From assembly GCA_951406725.2 (NCBI GenBank), contig OX597823.1, forward strand, positions 42,904,001-42,968,000: a stretch of 64,000 nucleotides of DNA. Reading direction: 5' to 3'. Of this stretch, positions 14,314 to 28,309 are shown piece after piece. Every line of letters begins with the position of its first letter. Within the stretch, counting starts at the first letter, position 1. The notes below the pieces were generated by a model. That model was not told where the DNA came from. It made no database searches and was given only the letters and a program-made list of their open reading frames with translations. Source of the DNA: Octopus vulgaris. Lineage: Eukaryota. The position numbers were made by a program, and so were the translations under genes.

Positions 14314-14557
14314 CAAAATAAGAAAATGGAGAAATACACCTTAATCAATAATCAACTACCAGATAATACCCAATATATTTATTTATACATATTGTACTTA
14401 TTGTATCATATTACTCATTGATGTGCATTGTTTTGTTCTGTACTATTATGTTTGACCTTGATGTTCATATGTAGTGGGTTAATAAATTATGTAATTGGGC
14501 ATTATTTGGTAGTTGATTATTCATTAAGGTGCATTTCTCCATTTTCTTATTTTGTAT
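14311..14557. repeat. Inverted repeat, ~65-bp arms with ~120-nt spacer
   Basis: atacaaaataagaaaatggagaaatacaccttaat...cccaat pairs with attgggcattatttggtagttgatt...catttctccattttcttattttgtat. Confidence 0.8.
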
Positions 14558-14723
14558 TATTAATTTGTGGTAAAACATTTTACCTTCGCCCATATAATGC
14601 AATAAATGAATCAATTGCATCGCAATTCTTAACATTTATGTATTAACTTTGTTGGGTGCTTTATTAGCAGTATATTGGATATATGTTATCCCATGGTGGA
14701 TTGCACTCACAACCCCTATCCCA

Positions 14724-14762
<39 letters not shown>

Positions 14763-15545
14763 CACATATATGAATAATACACTACCTTGCGTGTAAATAG
14801 AAAAATATGTGTACAGTCCACGTACGATAACTACGAATATCTGATTTTTCTAATAGCTTCAAAGACATATAAAATCAGGATGGTAATAAATTAACTTTAA
14901 ATACAGGTTCGCTGGTATCTAGAATGGGGCTTGTTATTTTGTTGTGAAAAACGGATGGTAATTTAGACTCTCAAAAGAGACAAGGAAACAGTGGTTAAGT
15001 ATTGAAATGGTCAGCCTTCACCACTTTATAATCACCATTTATTATTACTAAATACTTAATTTTATTTTTCATTTTATTGTTCAGTCTTTTTAGGACTTTC
15101 TTCCTTATAGACCATTAAGATAGAATGGTAATTTATAGCCAACCGGATATTTTTTATTTTTTTAGCCTGTTTCTGTATGTATTTTGATTATAAATGGCAC
15201 ATCGGGTATACATTATTATACTAAGTAAAATGACTAGAGGATCTAACGATGGGCGTATTTGGACAGTCACATGAGAAGGGACAGTTTACACCTATGATGT
15301 ATGATAATGATTACACAACTGTACTAAAGACGTAAAAATATGTAGAAACAATTGTAATAATATTAGATAAAGAATGGCTTTCATTCCATTTGTCATCATA
15401 TATCTATAGATATAATATAGTTGCCATATATAGATAATACGTAATATGCATACAATATAACATATTTATTATAATTTTACAAATTTATATATATAAATAT
15501 GTATATTTAAATATATTTGTAGATTTATTTAAATAGATATATATA

Positions 15546-15832
15546 TTCTTTTATACGTTTCAGTCATTTTGACAATGGCCATGCTGGAGCACCGCCTTTA
15601 GTCGAACAGATCGATCCCAGGACTTATTCTTTATAAGCGTAATACATATTCTGTCGGTCTCTTTTGCCGAAAAGCTAGATTACGGGGACATAAACATAGC
15701 AACATCAGTTGTCGACCAATGGTGAGAAAGGGAACAAAGACAGACACGCAAGTACATACACACATACCAAATTCACTCACAAGGCACCATGTATTAGGGA
15801 ACAAAGCTTCTCACTACTCAGCCGCTCCTGCG
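15546..15832 (-). mobile_element. SINE family A, internally deleted; a + strand tail fragment follows at ~15843-15888
   Basis: gtttcagtcattttg...gccatgctggagcaccgcctttagtcgaacagatcgatccc. Confidence 0.8.
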
Positions 15833-15914
15833 GTACACTAGGATGGCCGCAGTCAAATGACTGAAAGAAATAAAAGAATAAAAGAATATATATATATATT
15901 TATATATATGTATA

Positions 15915-15974
<60 letters not shown>

Positions 15975-16070
15975 TAGATAGATAGTTATATATATATATA
16001 TATACATATGTATTTATATTTCTATATGCACATATATATATTTCTATTTCTATATGTATATGTATATATG

Positions 16071-16107
<37 letters not shown>

Positions 16108-17957
16108 GTGTGTGTGTGTGTGTGTGTGTATTTATAGAAAAGGAAATAAGTAAGAAGTAAGTAAATATGTAAGTCAAGGGATTAATGAAGTATGGCCGTT
16201 TCAGGCGGCTCCTTTTAATCGAACAATGCAAGCATTACATCAATTTGAAATTCACCGCCATCTGCGGATGCAAAATTATAGGTTTTCAACAGACAGGATA
16301 CTCCATTATAATTTTAAACAAACATTTCATCAGAACCAGGTAATGAAAGACTTCCATGCTGATACTGTTGTAGCAGAATAAACTGCAAGAGAAATAAATA
16401 CCCGAACTACAATTTTGGAGTGGCAGAAGAGGATTACAGTGGTGGTCAAGAGATGGTAATATAGCTAAAACCTTTATCTATCCCCTTATGACAATCAAAA
16501 GATCTAATGCAGCTAGAATACTGCGTCTAATAAGAATTAAAACCACTAGGATTTGACGGTTAATTTTATCTGCTGATCATCGATCAAAAATTATCAGATA
16601 TTAATTCTCTCATTCTCTATGGCTATAAATTCCCTTGACCATATAACGAAACAAATCTCAGAAGTCATTAAGATAGTGATAAATGCCCAGGAAGAGGTAG
16701 GATAGGGGTGACAAAAACTCTTTTATTATTATCAGTTAAAGGGACCTACAATAGAAAACAGAGAACGCTACAATGAGATCTAAATAGCCATTAAGGGTGC
16801 TGAGGGAATAAAATATATAATCAAAGTATAGCAAAATGTATATCTTATTATATATTGTATAATAAAAGAAAAAAAAATTATAAAGGGATATAAGAACCAG
16901 GTAAGATAAGAAGGATATATAGACAAATTTAAGCACTAAAATATAAGATTAGTTTTATATACAATAGAAGCTTCATAATATTTCATCCTAGCAGACCTTT
17001 GATATGGTCACGATAAAACCATTCATACAATGAATCCAAATTACATTCAGAATTCTTCTGGGAAAGAGGTACACACTTTCTATTGATTGAAAACAAGGGA
17101 GCATAGGCAAAAAAAATAGATAAATGGTTCTATAAGAGATAAGGTTATCTAAAAGTATGATTATATAAAAAGTTTCAACATTATGAAGTCTTAAGAAGAT
17201 ATAACACTATATGGGACGATGTGAATGTGTTCTCTATCAAAGAATTGTTAAAGGAACAGACGAAGACAAGTACCAGCGTCGAGGAAGAGGAGGCGCATAC
17301 AAACTGGGAAATGGTAAGAAAAAGAGCAGGAAGAGAAGAAAACGACACACGTGATAAAGGGTGACCCCTAGCCCACATCCACTCTACCCCAAACACTCCC
17401 TACAGACACCTACACAGGAGTCTCGAATTTACTTCCTCCATCCTGTGATGTAAAGTATGTGATAATGTACAACGGACAAAACGAAGAACTTTACAATGAG
17501 ATAGAGTCATGGGATGGGGTGATAAAATGGATGTAACAGGAGTAAGGGGTCTGCTCGAGTACATTCACTATGCGTTGGCAGACCCAGAGTATCTGTTCAG
17601 ATTAAAGGATTATGTTGAAAACTTTGACTGCGAGTGGTGGGTCAAGAAAACAGATACTAGCACAATGTCTGAACGGGTAAAATACTTTGATATTTTAAAG
17701 AAGTAAAATATAGACATTCTGCGGAAAAGTGGAGATTAGCTGTTGCAAATGGTGTTGTAAAGAGTTTTGTTAACTAGTGTTCTAAAGAAAGAAGTTGTAT
17801 TAACAGGTTCAATGAAGTTGCGTGGAGGTGGAGCCGAACGGCTTCATTTCATTTTTAATTTTATATAATTCATCTTTCCTATTCGTTTTTTGTTTTTGTC
17901 CCCGCCTTGTGCTGTCCCCTCTATGTACAGCCTTCATGACCAATTTCATAAAATAAA

Positions 17958-18096
17958 GAAGCTTGCTTTTCCAACCACATGATTCCAGCTTCACTCACAA
18001 TGCGTGGAATCTTGGGCAAGTGTCTTTTACTCTAGCCTCCGGTCAACCAAAACCTTGTGAGTGGATTTGGTAGAGTGAAACTGAAAGTAGCCCGTC

Positions 18097-18144
<48 letters not shown>

Positions 18145-18368
18145 GTGTGCGTGTGTGTGTGTATGTGTGTGTCTGTGTTTGTCCTACCACCATCGCTTGA
18201 AAACCGATGCTGGTGTGTTTACGTCCCCGTAACAACGGTTCGGCAAAAAGATCGATAGAAGAAGTACTAGGCTTACAAAGAATTAGCCGAGTTGTTCGAC
18301 TAAAGGCGATGCTCCAGCATGGCCGCAGTCAAATGACTGTAACAAGTAAAAGAATAAATAAAAGAGTA
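17958..18368 (+). mobile_element. SINE family A
   Basis: ttgggcaagtgtcttt...gtgagtggatttggtagag...gctccagcatggccgcagtcaaatgactgtaacaagtaaaagaat. Confidence 0.9.
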
Positions 18369-18790
18369 TATTCACATTTAAGCAAAAATAACGTTTGTAT
18401 AATTGGTGCATTCATACACATTTACTTATGTATATAGTAACGTAGGTTTTTATAGATATCCATCAAAAGGGACTAAAAGGATTGCATGCCAGTATATATA
18501 TTAAACAGGTGTAGAAAATGACGGAAAGCGAGAGTTTTTCCAATTACTAACCCGGATGATACAGACACGATGCAAATGTTTGCTCTGCATGATTTCTCTT
18601 TGATATTATAATTTATGAAAGTCATGAAAGAACTGTTGTGTTCAAATCTTTGTTTGTACACACAGAAACACGCGCACATACAACCACAAACACACATATC
18701 CATGTGTATAAGAGTAAGAAAGGGAAACGGGGTATTTGTGTGTGCGTGTATATATGAGTATGCATATATATATTTGTGTTTCTGCATATA

Positions 18791-18833
<43 letters not shown>

Positions 18834-19336
18834 ACGCATGTATATATATGTGTATATATGTATGTATATATATATGCATATATATAAACATACATACATA
18901 TATATGACTGTTAGTATATATATATATATATACATCTACATGCCAATGTATATATATATATATATATATATGTATATGTATATATATAGGCGTGCGCATG
19001 CGTGTCTGTGCAAACGTATTTTCTATACGCATGTATGTATATATGTTTTTATATGTGTTTACAGTCGCGTGCTATTAAAGTTTTTTTAATGGAGAATCCC
19101 AATTAGTGTAACAACCCCAACTATATACTGTGCGGTCTGATCAACTCAATTAAGCTCTTGTTACTGGAAGAACGTATTGTCTCTTCTTATTTGATATGTT
19201 ATAAAACGGTATAAATAAAGTCATAATAAATACTTGATACACATACTCGCATGTGTATACGTATATTTATGTATTTATAGGCAAACTCATGCATAAATAT
19301 ACACATATATACAAATATACATACACACAAACACAC

Positions 19337-19381
<45 letters not shown>

Positions 19382-19542
19382 ATGTATGTATGCATGGGTT
19401 TGTGTGCACACATATGTTTCAATTCACTGTAATTTCTTGTTAAATCGTTTCATTAATATGAGACTGACTTATATGTGTGTGTGTGTGTTTGTATGAGTAT
19501 AAACACGCACACACACACACACACATATATAAATATATATAT

Positions 19543-19599
<57 letters not shown>

Positions 19600-19649
19600 T
19601 ATTTATATATATATATATATAGATATTTATATATACATATACATATATA

Positions 19650-19735
<86 letters not shown>

Positions 19736-21444
19736 CATAAGAAGCACCAAACCGTTCGTCATCGTAATATTTAATACACATAGCGCTAACAAGATTATGT
19801 CTACTCTTGCATTCTCCTAGTTTCCGTGATAGTTGATTGGTAATATAACATCTCAAATAAACAAGAAATATTTCTATAAATCACACCAGTTTAAATTAGC
19901 CATCTCTAAATTCAACCGCTATTTAATTGGATATAAACTTATAGAATGGTGGTAGACATTATATATAACACACTTGCTCATTAATTTGTGGTGCAGAATC
20001 TGATGACATAGCTGTAACTTTAAACAATCACTTTAACATTAGTCAGGAAACTTAACTTCCACATATTTTAAGACACCGGTTAAACAACTGGTTTGAAAAA
20101 ATTTCAGCTGCTCAACTCCCTATCTATGAAATATATCGATACTTCTTTTCATATTTTGTGTCTTTTATTTATTTTTTTTTTTTCTGAATTGTGTTCTTAA
20201 TTGGATAAAATTTTCCAAACATTGTATACAAGGAAAAAGGAGACAAAAAAATAGAAAAGCCAGTTGACAAGTATTGAAATGATCAGTCTTCAACACTTCA
20301 TCACAATTTTTGTCATTATTGCTTTTTGTTAAATTCACTCGCATCGTAACTGAGGTCAAATATTGCTGAAAGACGAAATCAGCTTCTAAAACCGTTTCAA
20401 CGGCAGCTTATCATTTATTTTTCAGTGGTTGACTCAATATTAAGTAAACATTGAGGAATGTAACTTTTTTTTTTTATTACAGAAAAAAATAGCCGAATGA
20501 ACAACTTCAATATACCGTTTAACGAAGGTGTAGTTAAGAAGTTACTGGACCTTCAAACAACAGCAGTTAAATGTTCTTTATATTACGTCCCGCACCCTTC
20601 AAAGAGGATAGAAGGCTATCAGAAAATAAGCGTTCGTCATAGCTAAGGAATAGTAAAGGTACTCGCTTTGCAGTCAGGTGGTTTCACGTTCGGTCTTTCT
20701 GCGTGGTAATATGGGTAAGTCTCATCTAACATAACCCTCTCCTCTGGGAAAACACAGCAAGTCAAAACGAAAAAACTGCGATAGTTGCGAAATACTGAAA
20801 AGTTATCTTAATTTTGTTTCTTCTGAGTCGGAGGTTACTGTATAATGAAAAGGAATTCAAATACCCATTCTATAATAGAATACAGTAAGTCGAATTACTA
20901 GATTTTGTCAAAGAACGGCAGTATAGCAGCGGATTGACCAATGCCTTGTGGAGTGAATTTGCTAGAAGGAAACTGCGGAAGTCCATCGAGTGTGTATATA
21001 TGTGTCTGTGTGTGTGCGCGCGCGCGTGCGTGTGTTTGTAAACACACTGGTGCTGGGATTTGTTTATGCACCCGTAGTACGGTAAAAGAACTCGATATAA
21101 TTTGTACAAGACTTTAGAAAATAAACAAAAGTATAGGGGGGTCGAAATGTTTGAATAAATCCGTCTAAAGTTTGCCTCGCAACAAGTAAAACACCAGGTA
21201 AAAAAAATACTACGTTCATAATCTTCAAAAGGATTAGAAGACTGATGAAATAAGGGTTCGTCATGGTTAGGGGGCACATAACTATAAATCTGCTGACATC
21301 AGAACTACCTTAAAGGTCTAATGAAGAAAGGGAAATAAATTACATATACTCTATAGACAATAGGTACATACGCTCTATAGACAATAGGTGAATGAAAGGG
21401 AAAACAAACATTTTTAAAACAAATTCACTTCACTACTAATGAGC

Positions 21445-21595
21445 GTTTTTGTTTGGAACTTATCCTATCGGTCACTTTTGACGAACCACTAGATTACAAG
21501 GACATAAACCAATGCTGGGTGTGCGGCGGTGGTGGAGAACAAAGACAGACACAAAGAAAGAACGAAACAGACACACACACACCTATATATGTATA

Positions 21596-21683
<88 letters not shown>

Positions 21684-21856
21684 CACACAGATGTATAATA
21701 TATGTATACGGCGGACTTATATACAGTTTCTACCTGCCAAATTCACTCACCAGCCATTAGTCGATTGAGAGCTATAGTAGAAGTCACCTACACAAGATGC
21801 CAAGCAGTGAAACTGAACTCAAAGCGAGCTTTATAACATCGCACTCATACCTGTGT
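21445..21856 (-). mobile_element. SINE family A, decayed
   Basis: acttatcctatcggtcacttttgacgaacc and tacctgccaaattcactcac...gctatagtagaag blocks. Confidence 0.7.
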
Positions 21857-22247
21857 CTATTTAATTTGCTGCTTTACAATGGTAGGTCTTATTGCTCTAC
21901 AGGATTGATATTGGTTTATTATATCGAAACTAATAAACGGAAACAAGGCAGCCAGTTGTACTGAAAGCAATATGGAAGCACTACAAATGATTTTATCCGT
22001 AATTCGAAAACGAATCATAAAGTTAATTCCAGAAGTATTTCGACACATATATACTAACACGATGTGACTAATGGAGGTATTTAGTTCAACTCAATAAAAA
22101 TATTTACTTCAATATAATAAATATTTTTAGTTCGATGCTTTAAATCCCCTGCGCTGTATTATTATATAAGCATATTTGATTGCTTCACATATATGCACAG
22201 GTATTCATTTATTTACATATATACCTTATTTAGATATTTTTGAACAT

Positions 22248-22605
22248 AGACGCAGGTGTGGCTATGTGGTAAGAGGCTTGCTTCCGAACAACATGGTTCC
22301 GTGTTCAGCCCCACAGCGTGGCAGCTTCTACTATAGCTTCGGGTTGACCAAAGGCTTGTGAATGGATTTGGTAGACCGAAGCTGGAAAAAGGCCGTCGTA
22401 TATATGTTTATATATATATTTGTGTGTTTGGCCCCCACCATCACTTGCGTTTATGTACCAGTATCTCAGGGGTTCGGCAAAAGCAACCGATAGAACAAGT
22501 ACTAGGCTTACAAAGAATAAATCCTGGGGTCGATTTCTTCCACTAACACCCTATAAGGCGGTGCTCCAGCATGGGCACAGACAAATGATTGAAAAAAAAT
22601 AAGAA
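22248..22605 (+). mobile_element. SINE family A
   Basis: gacgcaggtgtggctatgtggtaag...gtgttcagccccac...ggcggtgctccagcatgg. Confidence 0.85.
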
Positions 22606-22666
22606 AATAAAATAATAATATACAGTTTGTAAAAGAACCTGGTAATGATTTTGCATATTCTCTCTA

Positions 22667-23917
22667 TCAGATCATCACAACAGTTCTGTCAGAATTTTGA
22701 ATAAAGAAAACATATAATCAAATGTCATATTAAATTGAAATTTAATTATCAATTTACTTTCCCTGATTATCTATGACTTCCTTCCATCTATTTACAAGCT
22801 TTTTAATCACATCAATGCAAAACACTTTTTGATTTCACAGCGAAGAACTCTGAAATGTCAGTTTCGATCTCCTCCTGGCTTCAGAAAGTTATGTCCCCCA
22901 AATGAATCTCTAAACTACGAAACAAATAGTAGTCTGAAGGAACAAAGTCGGGAGAATAAGGATGAGTAATATTTTCCCAAACAAGCTCTTCGATCTTCTG
23001 TGATGTGATCTTTGCAGTGTGAGGTCGCGCATTGTCCTCGTGAAACATCACACATTTTCGATTCACTAAAGCGGGTCTTTTTTCTTCAAAGCTTGTTTCA
23101 AACTCTATAATTGCTGACAGTAGACATGAGCATTGATTGTTGCATTAGGTGGTAACAATTCAATGTGAATTACTCCTTTGTAATACCACCAGATAGAGTG
23201 AAGAACCTTTTTTCCATGAAGTTCTCTTCTCGGTTGTGGTTGAGCTTATTCCCTTTTACCAAACCACTGTTTACGTTTAACATTTCGATAGAAGATCAAT
23301 TTTTCGTCACCAGTCACAAGTCTATCCCTAAAGGGTGAAATGAATTCGCGAGAATGGAAAGAAGAGCAGATGTCAAATCGGGATTCGCGGTTGCGTTCGG
23401 ACAATTCATGAGGCACCCATTTTCCAAGTTTAGGAACCTTTCCAAGTTGTTGAAGATGACGATGAACTAAGCTTTATTGCCAATTCTTCAACTGATAATG
23501 CACGATTTTCTTCAAGTAATGCCTCAAGGAGCTTATCATCAAACTCAACTGGACGTCCTGTTCGATCTTCATCTTCAAGGCTGAAATCTCCACTTCTGAA
23601 TTTTGCAAACCATCTTCTGCAAGTCCTTTCATTCAAGCATTCCTTCCCATAAACTGAGTGTATGTTTCGCCTCGCTTCGACTGCATAGTTTCCTTTTTTT
23701 GTACTCATAAAGCATGATGTGCCTTAAATGCTCTTTGGGTACTTCCATGTTAGAAAGAAATTTTAATTCTATTATTCTGTAAAATAATATTTAATTAGTT
23801 TAAATGTACACAAATGCATAAAATAATTTTAAATTCCATTAGACATTCTAAAACACTATTAAATTTCATTCAGTTTTAAAAAAGGTAAAATCGGACAGAA
23901 CTTATGGGATGACCTGA
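22667..23917 (-). mobile_element. mariner (DD34D) transposon, full length ~1.25 kb, frameshifted transposase
   Basis: TIR TCAGGTCATCCCATAAGTTCTGTCCGA at the right end and a diverged copy at the left, both TA-flanked. Peptides MEVPKEHLRHIMLYEY, RRWFAKFRSGDFSLEDEDRTGRP, WVPHEL, LVTGDEK, HEDNARPH and YSPDFVPSDYYLF. Confidence 0.93.
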
Positions 23918-25175
23918 TATATATATTAATAATCAGAAAGAAAATATTGATTGTGAAAACAAATGTTAGGGTTATGGCGGTGTGTAAGATGAACCTTAGA
24001 AGATATTGCCAAAGCTTAGCTTGTAAAAATTAATATATGGTATTGCTTTGTTTCTTCCGCGACTATACCATTCCTGAATGAGTGTGTTTGGGAGACATCT
24101 GTACGCTTCAGCTAATAAATTTGTTTGCTGGTTCCTCTAAACAAGGGTCAATGATCTTGTCAATTCCATCGGTATAGTGCAATAGCTATGAGTGAGGAGA
24201 TAGACAATGGAGTCGAAAAAATAGCTTGTTTTGGGAACACACATCATGTAAAGGAAAAATGGGTTCTCTCATGACGAAATGCAAGAGAGGTCAGATATTC
24301 TAGTTCAAAACTGTGACCAGTGTATTAAGAATGATTAGATATTTACGTCTGTGTTTGGATTCTCCCTATTCAGCATTCATCCTATGAATTATTAACTATT
24401 TGGCAGATATTACCATGCAGCAGCATATAATTTGGTTATTGATTTCTGTAAATAAAAGCTTTTGACCTTGTCAGATTCATCGATCCGGTAGGGTAGCATT
24501 GTCTGAGGACACCTATAACCTGGTCGAAGCATCGTATTGTCTCAAAGTTCCCTGACACCGATGAACCAGTTAATCACGGGAATCATGAACACACATCTCT
24601 GATGAGGAAAAGCTGTGGTGATACACCAAAACGTATAAAGAATGCAGAGACGTTAAAGTTTTCGATTCTTGCGGTCCTGCATGGGCGTAACTATTAGCAG
24701 TATATATGGTATTGCACTAAAGAATATTGAGGGACCTTACGTTCATAAAAAAAATGGTAATTTAAATTTTGTGCATGTGCGTCGTAGTGCTAGTAGAATA
24801 TTAAAGTTAAACGGGAATTCTATGAAAGCCCTCACGGCAACTAAAGGTATTGACGTAAACACAGTCACTCAGAATATTAAAGGTTAATTGGAAAGCAAAA
24901 TATTGTAAACATGTGTATTAATAAGGTGTCGACTTTACTGAACTTTCTCACTGTCTATCGCAAAGAAAGAAATAGAAAGATATTGTGACAGAATACAGAA
25001 TTAATTGGGAAGTACTGATGTAAAATGTAACTTACATGAAAGTGAATGATAGGCTTCATTCCAAGCAGACTTAAATTCAAATATTATTTTCCTTAATTAT
25101 CAACTGCATCACATAGACACCACATACAAATACACATATGTATGCATGCACATCTATGCACATCGTGTATATGTA

Positions 25176-25248
<73 letters not shown>

Positions 25249-25280
25249 GTATAAGGGTGAAAAGGAACACACGAGTTGAT

Positions 25281-25673
25281 ATATATGAAAAAACAAGTCA
25301 AGATAGAAAATGCTAAAATAATTTTATAAAGAACATTTCAGTACCGGTTTCGGTCATTTTGAGACCTTTTCAACTGTAACGATTAAATAATTAAATTTAG
25401 AAAAATTAAAAGAAAAGTTTATTTAAAGGAATATTTGTACACAACGACCTCGAACACACAAGTGCAAACAAGGGAGACAGAGAAAGGCAGAATGCCACTT
25501 ATATTTGAACACTATACAAATATTCCTTTAAAAAAACTTTTCTTTTAATTTTTCTAAATTTAATTATTTAATCGTTACAGTTGAAAAGGTCTCAAAATGA
25601 CCCAAACCGGTACTGAAATGTTCTTTATAAAATTATTCTAGCATTTTCTATCTTGACTTGTTTTTTCATATAT
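25281..25673. repeat. Long inverted repeat (159-bp arms, 75-nt spacer) with a hammerhead-like motif in each arm
   Basis: 25281-25439 is the reverse complement of 25515-25673 with about 3 mismatches. Flanked by (TA)n. Confidence 0.9.
25339..25376 (-). ncRNA. Hammerhead-like motif with U3:A8 core (mirror copy on + at 25578-25615, GAAA mutated to CAAA)
   Basis: Minus strand: cag TTGAAAA ggtc-tcaaaat-gacc GAAA ccgg TA ctg. Confidence 0.65.
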
Positions 25674-25783
25674 ATATATATACACATATGTATATATATG
25701 TAGACATATATACATATATATATATAAATATACATATATATGCACATATATATGTATATACATGTATATATATAAATAGATAA

Positions 25784-25816
<33 letters not shown>

Positions 25817-25886
25817 CGCATATATGTATATATGCATATATATGCATATACATATATGTATGCATATATAAATATATATATATGTA

Positions 25887-25935
<49 letters not shown>

Positions 25936-25996
25936 AAAATAGAAGTTGAAAATCCACTAAGTATAATTGAAATATTTTTCATCACTATATTTAAAG

Positions 25997-26035
25997 CTTT
26001 AACCGGTTTCACAGTTTACACTGATTTTCAAAAGG
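25997..26035 (-). ncRNA. Hammerhead-like motif with U3:A8 core, different stems
   Basis: Minus strand: cctt TTGAAAA tcagt-gtaa-actgt GAAA ccgg TT aaag. Stem I is weak. Confidence 0.5.
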
Positions 26036-26399
26036 ACCAAATAGAAAGAGGTGGCTCATGTCGCAGCTGTGTTGCTTCTGACTGGTGTTTGAAGCTTCTC
26101 CTGCTTGTATAGAGAGTTCATCGCTCAACCTAGTATGTTTTGAATAGGATTTGAATATATATTCAAAACCTATATTAGTTTGAGCCATGAACACCTTATG
26201 AAAATATGGCAAGCTTCAAACACTAGTTAGAAGCAACCCGTCTTAATGAGAGTCACCCCGCAATCTTTGGTTGCTGGTGTTGATTTCTTTTGAACGTGAG
26301 TTAAACTGTTACACACTGTTATTATATATTGTTGTAGGTGTCCCCGCACAGGTGATCCAGGATCAGTGAAATTTTTAAATTGTTGAATTTCTGTCGTTG

Positions 26400-27030
26400 T
26401 TTGTGCCTGTTCTTTAAAATTGTTCCTTCCTCATTATGGGTGAAGTGAGAAAAGAAGGGAAAACGGAACGTGTTGCAAGTTATGCATCCGCAACTACAAA
26501 AGGTATTACGACCAACACCCTTGAAGTTCGTGAGATAAAAGTAGACACAAAAGACTGGAAAAAAGGGTACACGTTGTTACAAAAGGAAGTGGCCAGCTTA
26601 AAACTGATCCCCACCAGAAGAAGTGACGAAGAATGTAGCAAGGAAGACGGTAGTGTACAGGACACTATCTGCTTCTAACAAAAAGATAGAGATTGCCCCA
26701 ATAGAGGCAGTTGAGGAATGTCTAGGTAACGTGAAAAGACTAACCACCTTTTATATACGTGGGAGGAAATACGGCACAGTGGAGGTTAGGTTCTCCATCG
26801 AGGAGGACGCTATTAACCACTCCGCTGAGCCAATAAGAACACAACAGTGCCGATGTACTGTGACAAACGTGTTGCCAGAGTGAGAGTCGCCAGAGTGTCC
26901 CCCACCACCGAGATCGAACAGGCATGGCTGCAGTCATGCACGGAATGGAGGAAGATTCTCTGCTCAACTTTCTCTGTCATGGTCAATGAGAAAATCACAC
27001 GCTACACACCTTCCCTCCAAGCACTGTTGT
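26400..27030 (+). mobile_element. Non-LTR retrotransposon ORF1 (gag-like) fragment, probably Tx1/L1-like
   Basis: Frameshifted peptides VASYASAT..., IEAVEECLGNVKRLTTFYIRGRKYGTVEVRF (RRM-like) and RVARVRVARV. Resembles ORF1 text at 59162-59467 (DIEEALRCIRDDIDYIARG). Confidence 0.55.
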
Positions 27031-27668
27031 AAACAGCTGAAGTAAGCTAGAATGTTAAAACTTAGTGCGCATGTACACCAGATTTCAACGTCAGTCTGTG
27101 TGTAGGGCTTCACCCTGCGTACTTTAGCACCGTTACTATAGAAACAGGCCGGGTACTTATTGATCAGACCACGTATATCCTCACCGTTTAAAGAATAGTT
27201 TTTCTTCCAAACCCTAAGAGACGAGACATTACGTCAAAGTCTTCCCTTAATCATAAGTTTCGTACTATAAATCATATTAAATTTTTTCAGCAACAAATGT
27301 TTTTATTTTTTACTGAAGATAACTCACACATTAATGTGAGTGTGTGTGTGTGTGTATGTGTGTGTGTGTGTGTGTGTGTTTATTTGTCTATTTCAGTAGA
27401 CAAACACAAAAACAGATGTAAATAAAAAGCGACAGAGTGACAGGGAGAAAGACAGAAAATGTGCCTACATTCGGATTAAATACAGAAATACTTAATGAAA
27501 TATATAGACTATGAATTACCATTCTATTTCGTTTACTAATCGAAAAAAAATAAAATGTCGCAAAAATATTAATGGTTTTCATCGTCTATTTCTTTTTCTT
27601 TAATTTAGAAAAGTTAATTCTGTTTTGTCAAGACAGTGAAGACATCTACCAAGAAAGCTCAGTGTGTG

Positions 27669-27721
<53 letters not shown>

Positions 27722-27929
27722 CTACTCACACACGAACCCACACATATATATGTATGTTTATTGTTTTCTGACGCATTATTTTGAAGCCTACCCTATGTTA
27801 TGAATTGATACACAGCAAAAACGGACGTTTTTTTTTTATTTGACAGCGCCGCTGCTGCTGTTACTGCCAGAAGAGAGGCTAAATACTCCATTCTGCCGCT
27901 GCTATTGATCATTTCAAGTACAGAATATA

Positions 27930-27982
<53 letters not shown>

Positions 27983-28051
27983 TACATACACATATATACA
28001 TATATATATACATATAAATATACACACATATATATATATATATACATACAT

Positions 28052-28099
<48 letters not shown>

Positions 28100-28228
28100 A
28101 TGTATATGTATATATCATCCTCACTTCTCTTTCTTAGTAAGTTCTCTTTTTTTTCCTCATCTCTCGCCCAGAAAGCAATTGTAGGTGGCAGCACCGACTT
28201 TCGCCAGTGAAATTCCTACACACACACA

Positions 28229-28309
<81 letters not shown>

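Noticed and set aside
397-21390. Short tandem duplications (18 bp at ~397-430, 28 bp at ~5474-5527, 24 bp at ~21341-21389)
   Set aside because: Ordinary two-copy slippage duplications.
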